From Saprospiraceae bacterium (GTDB lineage Bacteria; Bacteroidota; Bacteroidia; Chitinophagales; Saprospiraceae), in NCBI GenBank assembly GCA_031402955.1, contig JANNSS010000043.1, forward strand, positions 746 to 64,745: a stretch of 64,000 nucleotides of DNA, in the 5' to 3' direction. Below, piece by piece: positions 52,746 through 61,218 of this stretch; within the stretch, counting starts at the first letter, position 1; each line of letters starts with the position of its first letter. A program made the position numbers and the translations under genes. Under the pieces are notes generated by a model. The model ran no database searches. It saw only the letters and a program-made list of their open reading frames with translations, and was not told the DNA's origin.

Positions 52746-53948
52746 TCAGGAAACATCAATTCCTTGCTTAAACATTTGCCAGACAGGACTTTGTGCCCGT
52801 TCTGCTTCTACAGCTTCAACAAAGATCATGGCTGCACTTTCGATCTCAGCCAACGTGGTAGGAACGCCCAGACTGATTCTGAATGAACTTTTCGCCTCTG
52901 CCGGGGTCAGTCCCATGGCGAGAAGAACATGGGAAGGTTCCGGATTTGCAGAACTACAGGCTGAGCCGGATGAAATAGCCAGATTACTTCTGAATCGAGA
53001 CATAACTGCCTGGCTATCCACAAAACGAACCTTAAGATTTGATACGGTGTGCAAACGGTCATAAACATGACCGTTGACGTCGACTTCTTCCAAGGAGGTA
53101 AGAATAGTTTTCTCAAATTGATCACGATGTTGATGGATACGATCCCTGTCGAGAAGAAGGTGCTTTTTTCGTAGAGCACTCGCCGTGCCTAAACCAACAA
53201 TACCTGGTACATTTAAAGTGCCGGACCTATACCCTCTTTCATGGCCTCCTCCGTGGATCAGCGCAGCAGGCTTCACTTTGATGGATGGGTTAATGTATAA
53301 TGCTCCAACACCTTTTGGCCCATACATTTTATGCGCGGAAATGGTCAGTATGTCAACAGGAATATGGGAAATATCTATATCAATTTTACCAGCAGCCTGA
53401 GTTGCATCACAGATCAAAGGCACGCCGGCCTGATGACAAATAAATCCTATTTCTCTTATATCCTGTAAAACTCCGGTTTCATTATTGGCCCACATGACGA
53501 TCACCATGATGGTATCATTTCTGATAGCATTCCTAAGCTGTTCTGTATCCAGGCTCCCATTTATATCAACCGGCAAAATTGAAATCTCATAGCCTTTACG
53601 GTTAAGCCAGTCAACAGTATCTAGAACTGCGTGATGTTCAGTGGCAACAGTGATAATGTGTTTACCAATATGGTGTGAAGTTTCTGCGAGACCTTTGATA
53701 GCCATATTAAGTCCTTCTGTGGAGCCAGAAGTAAAAATGATAGATTTTGAATCTGTGTGTAAAAGATCAGCAACCTGACTTCGGGCTATCTCCACAGCTT
53801 CGCTCGCTTGCCAGCCATAGGCATGTGAACGGCTTGCCGGATTTCCGAAATACCGGGTAAACCAAGGCAGCATTGACTCCAGAACCCTTGCATCAACAGG
53901 CGTGGTAGCATGATAATCAAGATAAACAGGCGTTTGCGGTAAACTCAT
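52746..53948 (-). CDS. iscS: Cysteine desulfurase (NifS/IscS class)
   Basis: 400 aa with VYLDYHATTP, SAHKMYGPKG (the PLP lysine) and SSGSACSS (the catalytic Cys loop). Confidence 0.88.
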   Translation of the reverse strand: MSLPQTPVYLDYHATTPVDARVLESMLPWFTRYFGNPASRSHAYGWQASEAVEIARSQVADLLHTDSKSIIFTSGSTEGLNMAIKGLAETSHHIGKHIITVATEHHAVLDTVDWLNRKGYEISILPVDINGSLDTEQLRNAIRNDTIMVIVMWANNETGVLQDIREIGFICHQAGVPLICDATQAAGKIDIDISHIPVDILTISAHKMYGPKGVGALYINPSIKVKPAALIHGGGHERGYRSGTLNVPGIVGLGTASALRKKHLLLDRDRIHQHRDQFEKTILTSLEEVDVNGHVYDRLHTVSNLKVRFVDSQAVMSRFRSNLAISSGSACSSANPEPSHVLLAMGLTPAEAKSSFRISLGVPTTLAEIESAAMIFVEAVEAERAQSPVWQMFKQGIDVS

Positions 53949-54044
53949 TCTATAAAGATACCACTTTGAAAAAAAGAAATTCTAAAGGCTAAAGGAAACG
54001 TACTTTTCCATCTTTCACTGGTATTGCCTAATATTGTCCACGTC

Positions 54045-55121
54045 ATGAAGAAGTGGGCATATACATTTGAAGCTGTTTCGAAAGAACAATGGATCAGGCA
54101 GATCGAATCAGACCTGAGAAAGAAAACTGTTGCATCACTGCAATCGGAATGGTGGACTGGCGAACCGTTGATACCATTGTTGCATCGGGATGATGTCAGC
54201 GATGAACCCATTTGCCTACCTGCCACTTTATTCACTCAGCCTCCAATCATTGCAGATTGGATTTCAACTTCTGGTCAGGAGACGTCTTCCATCAATCAAA
54301 AAATACTCGATTCGCTCCGGCAGGATACCCGGTCGCTTATTCTTTACTCGGCGGATGCTTCAGCCTGGTTCAACGAAGAGTGGTTCAAAGGTGTATTCAG
54401 GGATTTGATTACTGTATCTTTTGAGATTGAGCATTTTAAGGAAAATACATTCCGGTTGCTGGAAACAATTGGGCCAAACGATCTCCTGCGAATAAATCGA
54501 GAAGCGTCTTCTCCATCACTTGGAAAACTGCTTACACAAACTGATCAGGATATTTCTAAACTTGGTTCAGTCCGCTTTATTTACCAGATTGAATCCTCAG
54601 GCATATGGGACGTGAACACTGCTGCGGTTTTAAACAGGATTGTTGCAGATTTGGGTGATTGGGCAAAGCATGGATTTCAACCTGCTGCTTTTCTTGAGCA
54701 ATGCATTCTGTCACTTGAAGCTGATAAAACGTACTTCAAACAAATTATCCAGACCAGAGTGCTTCATCTGGTATGGCAAAATCTTAAAGCAAATGTTATT
54801 CAGGAGGCCAGTGAAATCCCTGACCAATACCTTGAATGCCATATTTATGAATCTGCACAAGAGTCCCCTGACCATTTCCTGATCAGGGCAGCTATGTCTG
54901 GACTTGCCGCGTCTCTTGCAGGGTCTCATGCCCTCTGCTTCCACCATTCTTTCATGGAAGACACCCCTGATATGTACATGCGGATTGACCGGAATATCCA
55001 CCATTTGCTGCAATTGGAGAGTTTGATGTACAAAGGAGAAGATCCCCTCTCCGGAGCATATAGCATCGATTACTATACCAGGTCGTGGACTCAAAAAATC
55101 TGGGACGCACTTCGTTTGTAA
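54045..55121 (+). CDS. Methylmalonyl-CoA mutase small-subunit-like protein (barrel domain only, no B12-binding domain)
   Basis: About 358 aa. The N-terminal EQWIRQIESDL... and C-terminal LIRAAMSGLAASLAGSHAL...DPLSGAYSIDYYT align by eye with the MutA N-domain. Confidence 0.6.
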   Translation: MKKWAYTFEAVSKEQWIRQIESDLRKKTVASLQSEWWTGEPLIPLLHRDDVSDEPICLPATLFTQPPIIADWISTSGQETSSINQKILDSLRQDTRSLILYSADASAWFNEEWFKGVFRDLITVSFEIEHFKENTFRLLETIGPNDLLRINREASSPSLGKLLTQTDQDISKLGSVRFIYQIESSGIWDVNTAAVLNRIVADLGDWAKHGFQPAAFLEQCILSLEADKTYFKQIIQTRVLHLVWQNLKANVIQEASEIPDQYLECHIYESAQESPDHFLIRAAMSGLAASLAGSHALCFHHSFMEDTPDMYMRIDRNIHHLLQLESLMYKGEDPLSGAYSIDYYTRSWTQKIWDALRL

Positions 55122-55357
55122 AAATAAAAGGTGGGCGGTTGGATGTATTGAATTTCTGCCACTTTGGCGATGATTCACTAAAATAGAGTCCGCCCACCTC
55201 TGTGATATACTCTATGAAACAAATAAACCCGCTTTATCTTGCCCGGGCTATTAAAGAAGCGTTAAGGTGGTCTGAGCACCCCATTAACACTTTAACTTAA
55301 GGATTTTAACATTTTATATCATTGGTTATCAGACAACTATAATGCATAAAATAATCA

Positions 55358-55365
55358 TATATTTG
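55358..55365 (+). promoter_or_regulatory. -7 box TATATTTG for meaB
   Basis: Matches TAnnTTTG, 30 nt upstream of the ATG. Confidence 0.5.
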
Positions 55366-55394
55366 TCTGCTACTTTTACTGGCGCTTAGTTTCA

Positions 55395-56414
55395 ATGGAC
55401 CGAAGTATCAACACACTGTTTGAAAAAATGATCCTTGGAGACCGGGTTGCTCTCGGGCAGGCCATGACCCTGGTGGAAAGTGAGCTTGCCGGGGACCGGA
55501 ATCGGGCGATTGATCTTTTGATATTGTGCGAAGAAAAGCTTCGCGTTTATGACCCTTCCATTCGCTTTGCTATAAGTGGAGCACCAGGTGTCGGAAAAAG
55601 CACCCTTATCGAGGCTCTGGGCCTTAAAGCAATTTCAAAAGGACATAAAGTAGGTGTCATCACAATAGACCCAACCAGTTCATTAAGCCATGGAAGTATT
55701 CTTGGTGATAAGTCAAGAATGTCAGGTTTATCTACCTCTCCATCAGCATTTATCAGATCGAGCCCTGCCGGTTCTGTATTGGGCGGAATGGGGCGCAGAA
55801 GCTATGAAATGATTACCCTGCTTGCTGCAGTTGGTTACGACCTTATTTTTATAGAGACGGTGGGCGTTGGCCAATCAGAACACACCGCGTGGCAATTTAC
55901 CGATGGCTTTATTCTGGTCGTACAACCTGGAGGAGGTGATGAATTGCAAGGCATCAAAAGGGGCATAACTGAGCTGGCAGATATAGTGATTGTCAACAAG
56001 GCGGATGGTGCATTTGCTACATTAGCTGGCCTATCCAAACAACAATATCAAAATGCACTACATTATTTTTCTCCCCTTCGACCTGGATGGGAGCCGAAAA
56101 TCACAACCTGTTCTGCCCAGGAAGGAACGGGGATAGACAATGTTTTGGACATTATTCGTTTATATCGGGATATTCGTCACCAGCATACCTCTCTGACGGA
56201 GGAACGGAAGCGCCAGGAAACTTTCTGGCTAAACTGGTCCTTAGGGATTACAGCAAACCAACTCCTGATGAATCATCCGGTTGTCAAGGGGAAACTCAAA
56301 GATGCCTTTAGCACCTCTGACCCTGTATCTGTGTCCGTCTTTAAAACGGCTTTCGAAATTGAGATCCTGATGAAAATACTAATTGATCCATCAAACCTTA
56401 AATCTGAATCCTGA
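55395..56414 (+). CDS. meaB: Methylmalonyl-CoA mutase-associated G3E GTPase MeaB/ArgK
   Basis: 339 aa with GAPGVGKSTLIE, ETVGVGQSE and VNKADG. Confidence 0.88.
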   Translation: MDRSINTLFEKMILGDRVALGQAMTLVESELAGDRNRAIDLLILCEEKLRVYDPSIRFAISGAPGVGKSTLIEALGLKAISKGHKVGVITIDPTSSLSHGSILGDKSRMSGLSTSPSAFIRSSPAGSVLGGMGRRSYEMITLLAAVGYDLIFIETVGVGQSEHTAWQFTDGFILVVQPGGGDELQGIKRGITELADIVIVNKADGAFATLAGLSKQQYQNALHYFSPLRPGWEPKITTCSAQEGTGIDNVLDIIRLYRDIRHQHTSLTEERKRQETFWLNWSLGITANQLLMNHPVVKGKLKDAFSTSDPVSVSVFKTAFEIEILMKILIDPSNLKSES

Positions 56415-56421
56415 ACCGCGT

Positions 56422-58143
56422 ATGAAGTTTTATGTGTTTTTCATACTTTCCATCTTCTTGATGTCCATGGCAGAACATGCCGGAAAATATCCAGTCAGTG
56501 AATTCAATTCACCAGTTAACCGCGATTTTAAATTATCAGGCACCTTTGGAGAACTCAGGACAAACCACTTTCATGCCGGTCTTGATATAAAATCTGAAAA
56601 TGGAATATCCGGTGATCCGGTCTACGCCACCCATGAAGGCTTCATCAGTCGGATCCGGGTAGAAGAATATGGTTATGGAAATGTACTTTACCTGGAACAT
56701 CCGAATGGATTTACAAGTGTGTACGCTCACCTTAACAATTTTTCGCCGGAGATAGAGGCTTATGTAAAGCAGGAACAATACAAAGCAGAAACTTTTAAAA
56801 TCGACCTTGCGCCTGGTAAAGAAAAATTTCCTGTAGCTCGTCTCCAGCAAATAGCAAACATGGGAAATAGCGGCTATTCATTCGGACCCCACCTGCATTT
56901 TGAAATCAGACACACCAAAGATCAGACGCCTGTCAATCCACTCCATTTCGGTTTAAATATTGCCGATAAAAGAGCACCTGTAGTACAACAACTAATTGTT
57001 TATGAATACAATGAAAATGGCAGGGTAACCAATTCAAAAGTGATTCAACCGATATACCAGTCAGCTGGCAAATACACGTTTGACACTCCTGTTGAACTTT
57101 CCTCTTCAAAAGTTTCCTTTGGTATACGCGCCTATGATATGCAGGATGGAGGAACAAATCAGAATGGCATCTACAGTATCCAATGCAAGGTGGATGATGA
57201 TCCCTCTTTTGCGTTTGCGATGGATGAAATACCTTTTGAACAGTCAAGATATCTGAATGCCCACATTGACTACCGACGGAAAATAAATGAGAACAGATTC
57301 TTTCACCGTTGTCATCCGCTGGAAGGAAATAAACTTCCGATCTACTATACTGGTGTGGACAAAGGCATGATCTACCTGAATGCAGAACAACCCCGAAAAA
57401 TTTCTTTGTCTGTAGCTGATTTCAATGGCAATATTTCAACTGTTACACTTGAAGTTGTCAGAGACATGAGCCTGCTTCCAAAAATGCCATCGATTCCGCT
57501 TTATCAAACTTTGGCAGAACCCGATCAAGTGAGTATTGTATCAAAAAAAGGGATACAGGTTGTATGGCCCAAAGGTTCGTTTTATGAAAAGACTCCGCTG
57601 AACATCGAAGTCATTCCTTCCGATGGCTTGGGTTGTTACAGCCCCCATTTTGCTATTACCCCAACGGATGCGCCCGTTCATTATTATTACGAAATCAATA
57701 TCGAAGGACTCGATGTCCCTGCCGCTTTGCGCGACAAAGCCTTCATCGCGCGATGTGAACCAAATGGCAGCATAGCCAACTGCGGAGCCACATGGATTGG
57801 AAATAATCTCAGCACAGGTGTCAGGGTCATCAGCACCTATACCATTATGGTTGATACGATAGCTCCAAAGATTTCAATCCTTCACTTTGGTCCTAAAATG
57901 ACCGGATGGAAAAGAATGGCGTTCAAGATCTCTGATAATTTCAGTACCAAAGATCGCGGACGTGATTTACTATATGATGCATGGGTTGACGGGCGATGGA
58001 TCCTAATGTCACTGGATGGAAAATCCAGCACGCTTACACATGAATTCGATGGACAAATTCAGCCTGGTGAACACCTACTTGTCATTAAAGTAACCGATGA
58101 CAGAGGTAATGAAGCGGTACTCGAAAAATCGTTTACCTTGTAA
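56422..58143 (+). CDS. M23-family metallopeptidase with a large C-terminal extension
   Basis: It has HFHAGLDIK and GNSGYSFGPHLHFEIR. The start is at MKFYVFFILSIF. Confidence 0.85.
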   Translation: MKFYVFFILSIFLMSMAEHAGKYPVSEFNSPVNRDFKLSGTFGELRTNHFHAGLDIKSENGISGDPVYATHEGFISRIRVEEYGYGNVLYLEHPNGFTSVYAHLNNFSPEIEAYVKQEQYKAETFKIDLAPGKEKFPVARLQQIANMGNSGYSFGPHLHFEIRHTKDQTPVNPLHFGLNIADKRAPVVQQLIVYEYNENGRVTNSKVIQPIYQSAGKYTFDTPVELSSSKVSFGIRAYDMQDGGTNQNGIYSIQCKVDDDPSFAFAMDEIPFEQSRYLNAHIDYRRKINENRFFHRCHPLEGNKLPIYYTGVDKGMIYLNAEQPRKISLSVADFNGNISTVTLEVVRDMSLLPKMPSIPLYQTLAEPDQVSIVSKKGIQVVWPKGSFYEKTPLNIEVIPSDGLGCYSPHFAITPTDAPVHYYYEINIEGLDVPAALRDKAFIARCEPNGSIANCGATWIGNNLSTGVRVISTYTIMVDTIAPKISILHFGPKMTGWKRMAFKISDNFSTKDRGRDLLYDAWVDGRWILMSLDGKSSTLTHEFDGQIQPGEHLLVIKVTDDRGNEAVLEKSFTL

Positions 58144-58151
58144 AAAAATTA

Positions 58152-58649
58152 ATGCTCATGCGCCGGACATGGACCTCCCGCTGGAAGGCCGGACAAACAG
58201 CTCCAACTTTTAAGGCATTACTTCATGATGGTTCAGAATTAACCACAGCAAAACTTCAGGGCAAAAAGTTTATTCTTTTTTTCTATAATCATGATGGTTC
58301 AGAGACCTGCACGAAGGAAGCTTGCAATATCAGGGACCATTACAGCCAATTAAGACAACTCGGCTATGCCGTCTATGGCGTCAGCGAGGATAGTCAGAAA
58401 AAACACCAGAAGTTTATTTCAAAATTCGAACTACCCTACCCGCTCATCACAGACGATGAAAATCAATTGGCAAAGCTTTTTGATATCTATGGGGAGAAGG
58501 AGTTTATGGGGCGCATTAGTGACGCCGTACATCGCACTACATTTGTCATTGGTGAACATGGTGTCATTGAAAGTGTCATTCACCCCGTCGACTCTGCCAA
58601 TCATTATGTACAAATTTTAGAATCACTCAACCTGCCTGATACCAAATGA
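58152..58649 (+). CDS. bcp: Bcp-type peroxiredoxin-like protein with a divergent active-site motif
   Basis: It has a thioredoxin fold. FYNHDGSETCTKEAC replaces the canonical FYPKDxTPGCTxEAC. Confidence 0.7.
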   Translation: MLMRRTWTSRWKAGQTAPTFKALLHDGSELTTAKLQGKKFILFFYNHDGSETCTKEACNIRDHYSQLRQLGYAVYGVSEDSQKKHQKFISKFELPYPLITDDENQLAKLFDIYGEKEFMGRISDAVHRTTFVIGEHGVIESVIHPVDSANHYVQILESLNLPDTK

Positions 58650-59488
58650 ACACCAATTCAGGAAATTTACTAATCACGGCGGATGACTTGTTGCAGATAA
58701 CAGGTAGTCCCGATCTCGTCATTCTGGATTGCAGGTACACTCTCGCTGATGTCCACAAGGGCAGAAGAGATTACCTGCAAGAACATATTCCTGGCGCTTA
58801 CTTTATGGATGTGGAACAGGATCTTTCTTCACCTGTGATGAAAGGGGTGACAGGACGCCATCCACTACCGGATCCTGCAGTACTAACCTATGCATTGAGA
58901 GCAACCGGTTTAAATCCATCCAGCAAAGTGGTGGTCTATGACCAGGCGAATGGCATGGCTGCTTCGAGGGCATGGTGGCTACTCCTCTGGCTCGGACATG
59001 AAAATGTTATGGTATTGGACGGTGGATTCAATAGTTGGAAAGCAAAAGAATTCCCACTGGATAATCAATGGCCACCTCCCACGAAAGGAACGTTTGAATT
59101 TAGTGTGAATCATTCCTTGACCATTGACAAGATTGACGTTGCTAATGGTAAAGAGAAGATTATTGATAGCAGGGACTACATACGGTATACCGGAGAGGCT
59201 GAGCCTATTGATCCTGTCGCTGGTCATATTCCGGGGGCATTTTGCATACCATTTGCAGACAACACGGACTCAAATGGCTTTTGGAAAAGCCTTGGTTTCC
59301 TTCAGCAAAAATTCCAAGGGATAGATTCTGATGACGAAAAACCACCGGTCTTCTATTGTGGTTCCGGCATCAGTGCCTGTCATAATATCCTTGCCTACAA
59401 AATGGCCACTGGCAAGAATGCCAGATTATACCCGGGAAGCTGGAGTGAATGGATCAATTATTATCCAGCCGTTACAGGCCATTCATAA
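58646..59488 (+). CDS. sseA: Two-domain rhodanese sulfurtransferase (3-mercaptopyruvate type)
   Basis: 280 aa with the active-site loop CGSGISACH. An ATGA overlap links it to the bcp stop. Confidence 0.8.
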   Translation: MNTNSGNLLITADDLLQITGSPDLVILDCRYTLADVHKGRRDYLQEHIPGAYFMDVEQDLSSPVMKGVTGRHPLPDPAVLTYALRATGLNPSSKVVVYDQANGMAASRAWWLLLWLGHENVMVLDGGFNSWKAKEFPLDNQWPPPTKGTFEFSVNHSLTIDKIDVANGKEKIIDSRDYIRYTGEAEPIDPVAGHIPGAFCIPFADNTDSNGFWKSLGFLQQKFQGIDSDDEKPPVFYCGSGISACHNILAYKMATGKNARLYPGSWSEWINYYPAVTGHS

Positions 59489-59618
59489 TATAGATCTCTG
59501 ATATCAGATCCTGTCAGTAGCGCACACCTGATTTAGGCATTAAACTGGTAAAGGGTACAAACAGGTACTACCCATCGGACTTTACACAATTAATCCCCTG
59601 TTCCACCGTCGATTTTTA

Positions 59619-59626
59619 TATTTTTG
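59619..59626 (+). promoter_or_regulatory. -7 box TATTTTTG for the SpeA-like gene
   Basis: Matches TAnnTTTG, 44 nt upstream of the ATG. Confidence 0.45.
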
Positions 59627-59669
59627 ACCCGGCCGGTTGTCATATATCCCCGGCTGCTTTAACCGGAGA

Positions 59670-61073
59670 ATGAAGAACAGCTATTTTGACCTCATTCAGC
59701 AGACGTATTATTTCCCTCAGGAAGGGTTTGACCTGCACAATGGAGATTTAAGTTTTCATGGTATTTCCCTTAAATACCTGATTGACAAGTATGGAACGCC
59801 TTTCAAACTGACCTATCTGCCCAAGATCGGAGACCAGATCAAAAAGGCTAAGAACTGGTTTAACCGTTCGATGAAAAACCAGCATTACCAAGGAAAATAC
59901 CGGTATTGTTACTGCACAAAATGCTGTCACTTCAGTCACGTCATCAAAAAGGCTCTGGAATATGACGTTGACCTGGAAACGTCTTCTGCATTTGACATCG
60001 ACCTCATCATCAGCCTATACCGAAGCGGTGATATTGACCGGAGTATCAACCTGATCCATAACGGATATAAAACTGACAGATATCTTGATGGTATAGCCCA
60101 CCTGCATGAAATGGGGTTTGAAAACTCCATTCCTGTTCTGGACAATACCAACGAGTTGGATCCACTCCTCGAACGTATAAAAGGTAATCTGAAAGTGGGC
60201 ATCCGCGTTGCCATTGAGCAGGAGCCTCAATCTGCGTACTACACTTCCAGATTAGGTATCCGACCAACTGAAGTCATTAAATATTATAAAGAAAAAATAG
60301 CTCGTAAAAAACGAGTGCAGGTTACGATGCTCCATCTTTTTGTAGATACCGGCATTCGAGATACTTTGTATTACTGGGGCGAGTTTAAAAAAGCGCTGAA
60401 GATATTTGCAGAACTAAAAAAAATCTGTCCAACCCTCACCGCTATCAATATTGGTGGAGGCTTTCCGATCAGTAACAACTTGTCGTTTGAATACGATTAC
60501 AAATACATGGTGGATGAGATCATCAGCAATATCAAAGCTACCTGTGACCAGGAAGGTATAGAACATCCGGATATCTACACCGAATTTGGAAAATATACTG
60601 TTGGCGAAAGTGGCGCAACCATCTTCACGGTCCTCGAACAGAAACAACAAAATGATTCAGAGTTGTGGTATCTTATTGACAATAGCCTGATGAATACCAT
60701 TCCTGATTCCTGGGGACTCAATGAACGCTTTATCCTTTTACCAGTCAATAAGTGGAATAATGATTTTGCGCGTGTCCATATCGGCGGGATCAGTTGTGAT
60801 CATTCAGATTATTACAACTTTGAGGATCTCAATCAACAGGTCTTCCTGCCCACGTATAAAAGTGATGATCCTGAGCCCCTCTATATTGGTTTTTTTCATA
60901 CAGGCGCATACCAGGATGCCATCAGTGGATATGGTGGAATAAAACATTGCCTGATACCTTCACCACAGCATATCCTTGTTGACCGCGATGAAAAGGGAAA
61001 TTTCATTGATACCCTCTGGCGTCCGGAGCAAAGACCGAATGAGATGTTACAGATTCTCGGCTATGATACTTGA
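59670..61073 (+). CDS. Fold-type III PLP-dependent decarboxylase, short arginine-decarboxylase-like
   Basis: 467 aa from MKNSYFDL. It has a PLP-Lys context YCYCTKC, the Gly loop NIGGGFPI and the substrate loop GISCDHSD. Confidence 0.7.
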   Translation: MKNSYFDLIQQTYYFPQEGFDLHNGDLSFHGISLKYLIDKYGTPFKLTYLPKIGDQIKKAKNWFNRSMKNQHYQGKYRYCYCTKCCHFSHVIKKALEYDVDLETSSAFDIDLIISLYRSGDIDRSINLIHNGYKTDRYLDGIAHLHEMGFENSIPVLDNTNELDPLLERIKGNLKVGIRVAIEQEPQSAYYTSRLGIRPTEVIKYYKEKIARKKRVQVTMLHLFVDTGIRDTLYYWGEFKKALKIFAELKKICPTLTAINIGGGFPISNNLSFEYDYKYMVDEIISNIKATCDQEGIEHPDIYTEFGKYTVGESGATIFTVLEQKQQNDSELWYLIDNSLMNTIPDSWGLNERFILLPVNKWNNDFARVHIGGISCDHSDYYNFEDLNQQVFLPTYKSDDPEPLYIGFFHTGAYQDAISGYGGIKHCLIPSPQHILVDRDEKGNFIDTLWRPEQRPNEMLQILGYDT

Positions 61074-61076
61074 TAA

Positions 61077-61104
61077 GTGAAAAATGAAGAATGAAAAGTA
61101 AAAA
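61077..61104. repeat. Heptamer array GTGAAAA ATGAAGA ATGAAAA GTAAAAA
   Basis: It starts 3 nt after the stop of the SpeA-like gene. Confidence 0.85.
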
Positions 61105-61183
61105 ATGCGTTTTCATTACTTAAGGTTCATGCCTCACAAATTTGAATTCACAATCCAAGCTTCGACTCCGCTCAGGACAAGCA

Positions 61184-61218
61184 ACACTGACAACTCACAA
61201 TTCACAACTGACAAAAAA
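61184..61218. repeat. Heptamer array ACACTGA CAACTCA CAATTCA CAACTGA CAAAAAA, abutting the ATG of the DHS-like gene
   Basis: Read directly from the sequence. The segment CACAATTCAC is shared with 35936-35945. Confidence 0.85.

Noticed and set aside
55122-55394. A cobalamin riboswitch upstream of meaB
   Set aside because: I could not find a B12-box-like sequence or the conserved multi-stem junction. Only a single long-range 10-bp inverted repeat is present, and meaB has its own -7 box 30 nt upstream.
61159-61175. The core GCTTCGACTCCGCTCAG as a tRNA 3' fragment marking an integrative-element att site
   Set aside because: Only the T-loop-like TTCGACTCC is tRNA-like. No matching 5' T-stem or acceptor is present, there is no integrase or foreign-looking gene block between copies, and the copies sit in unrelated spacers. 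It is treated as a dispersed repeat core instead.
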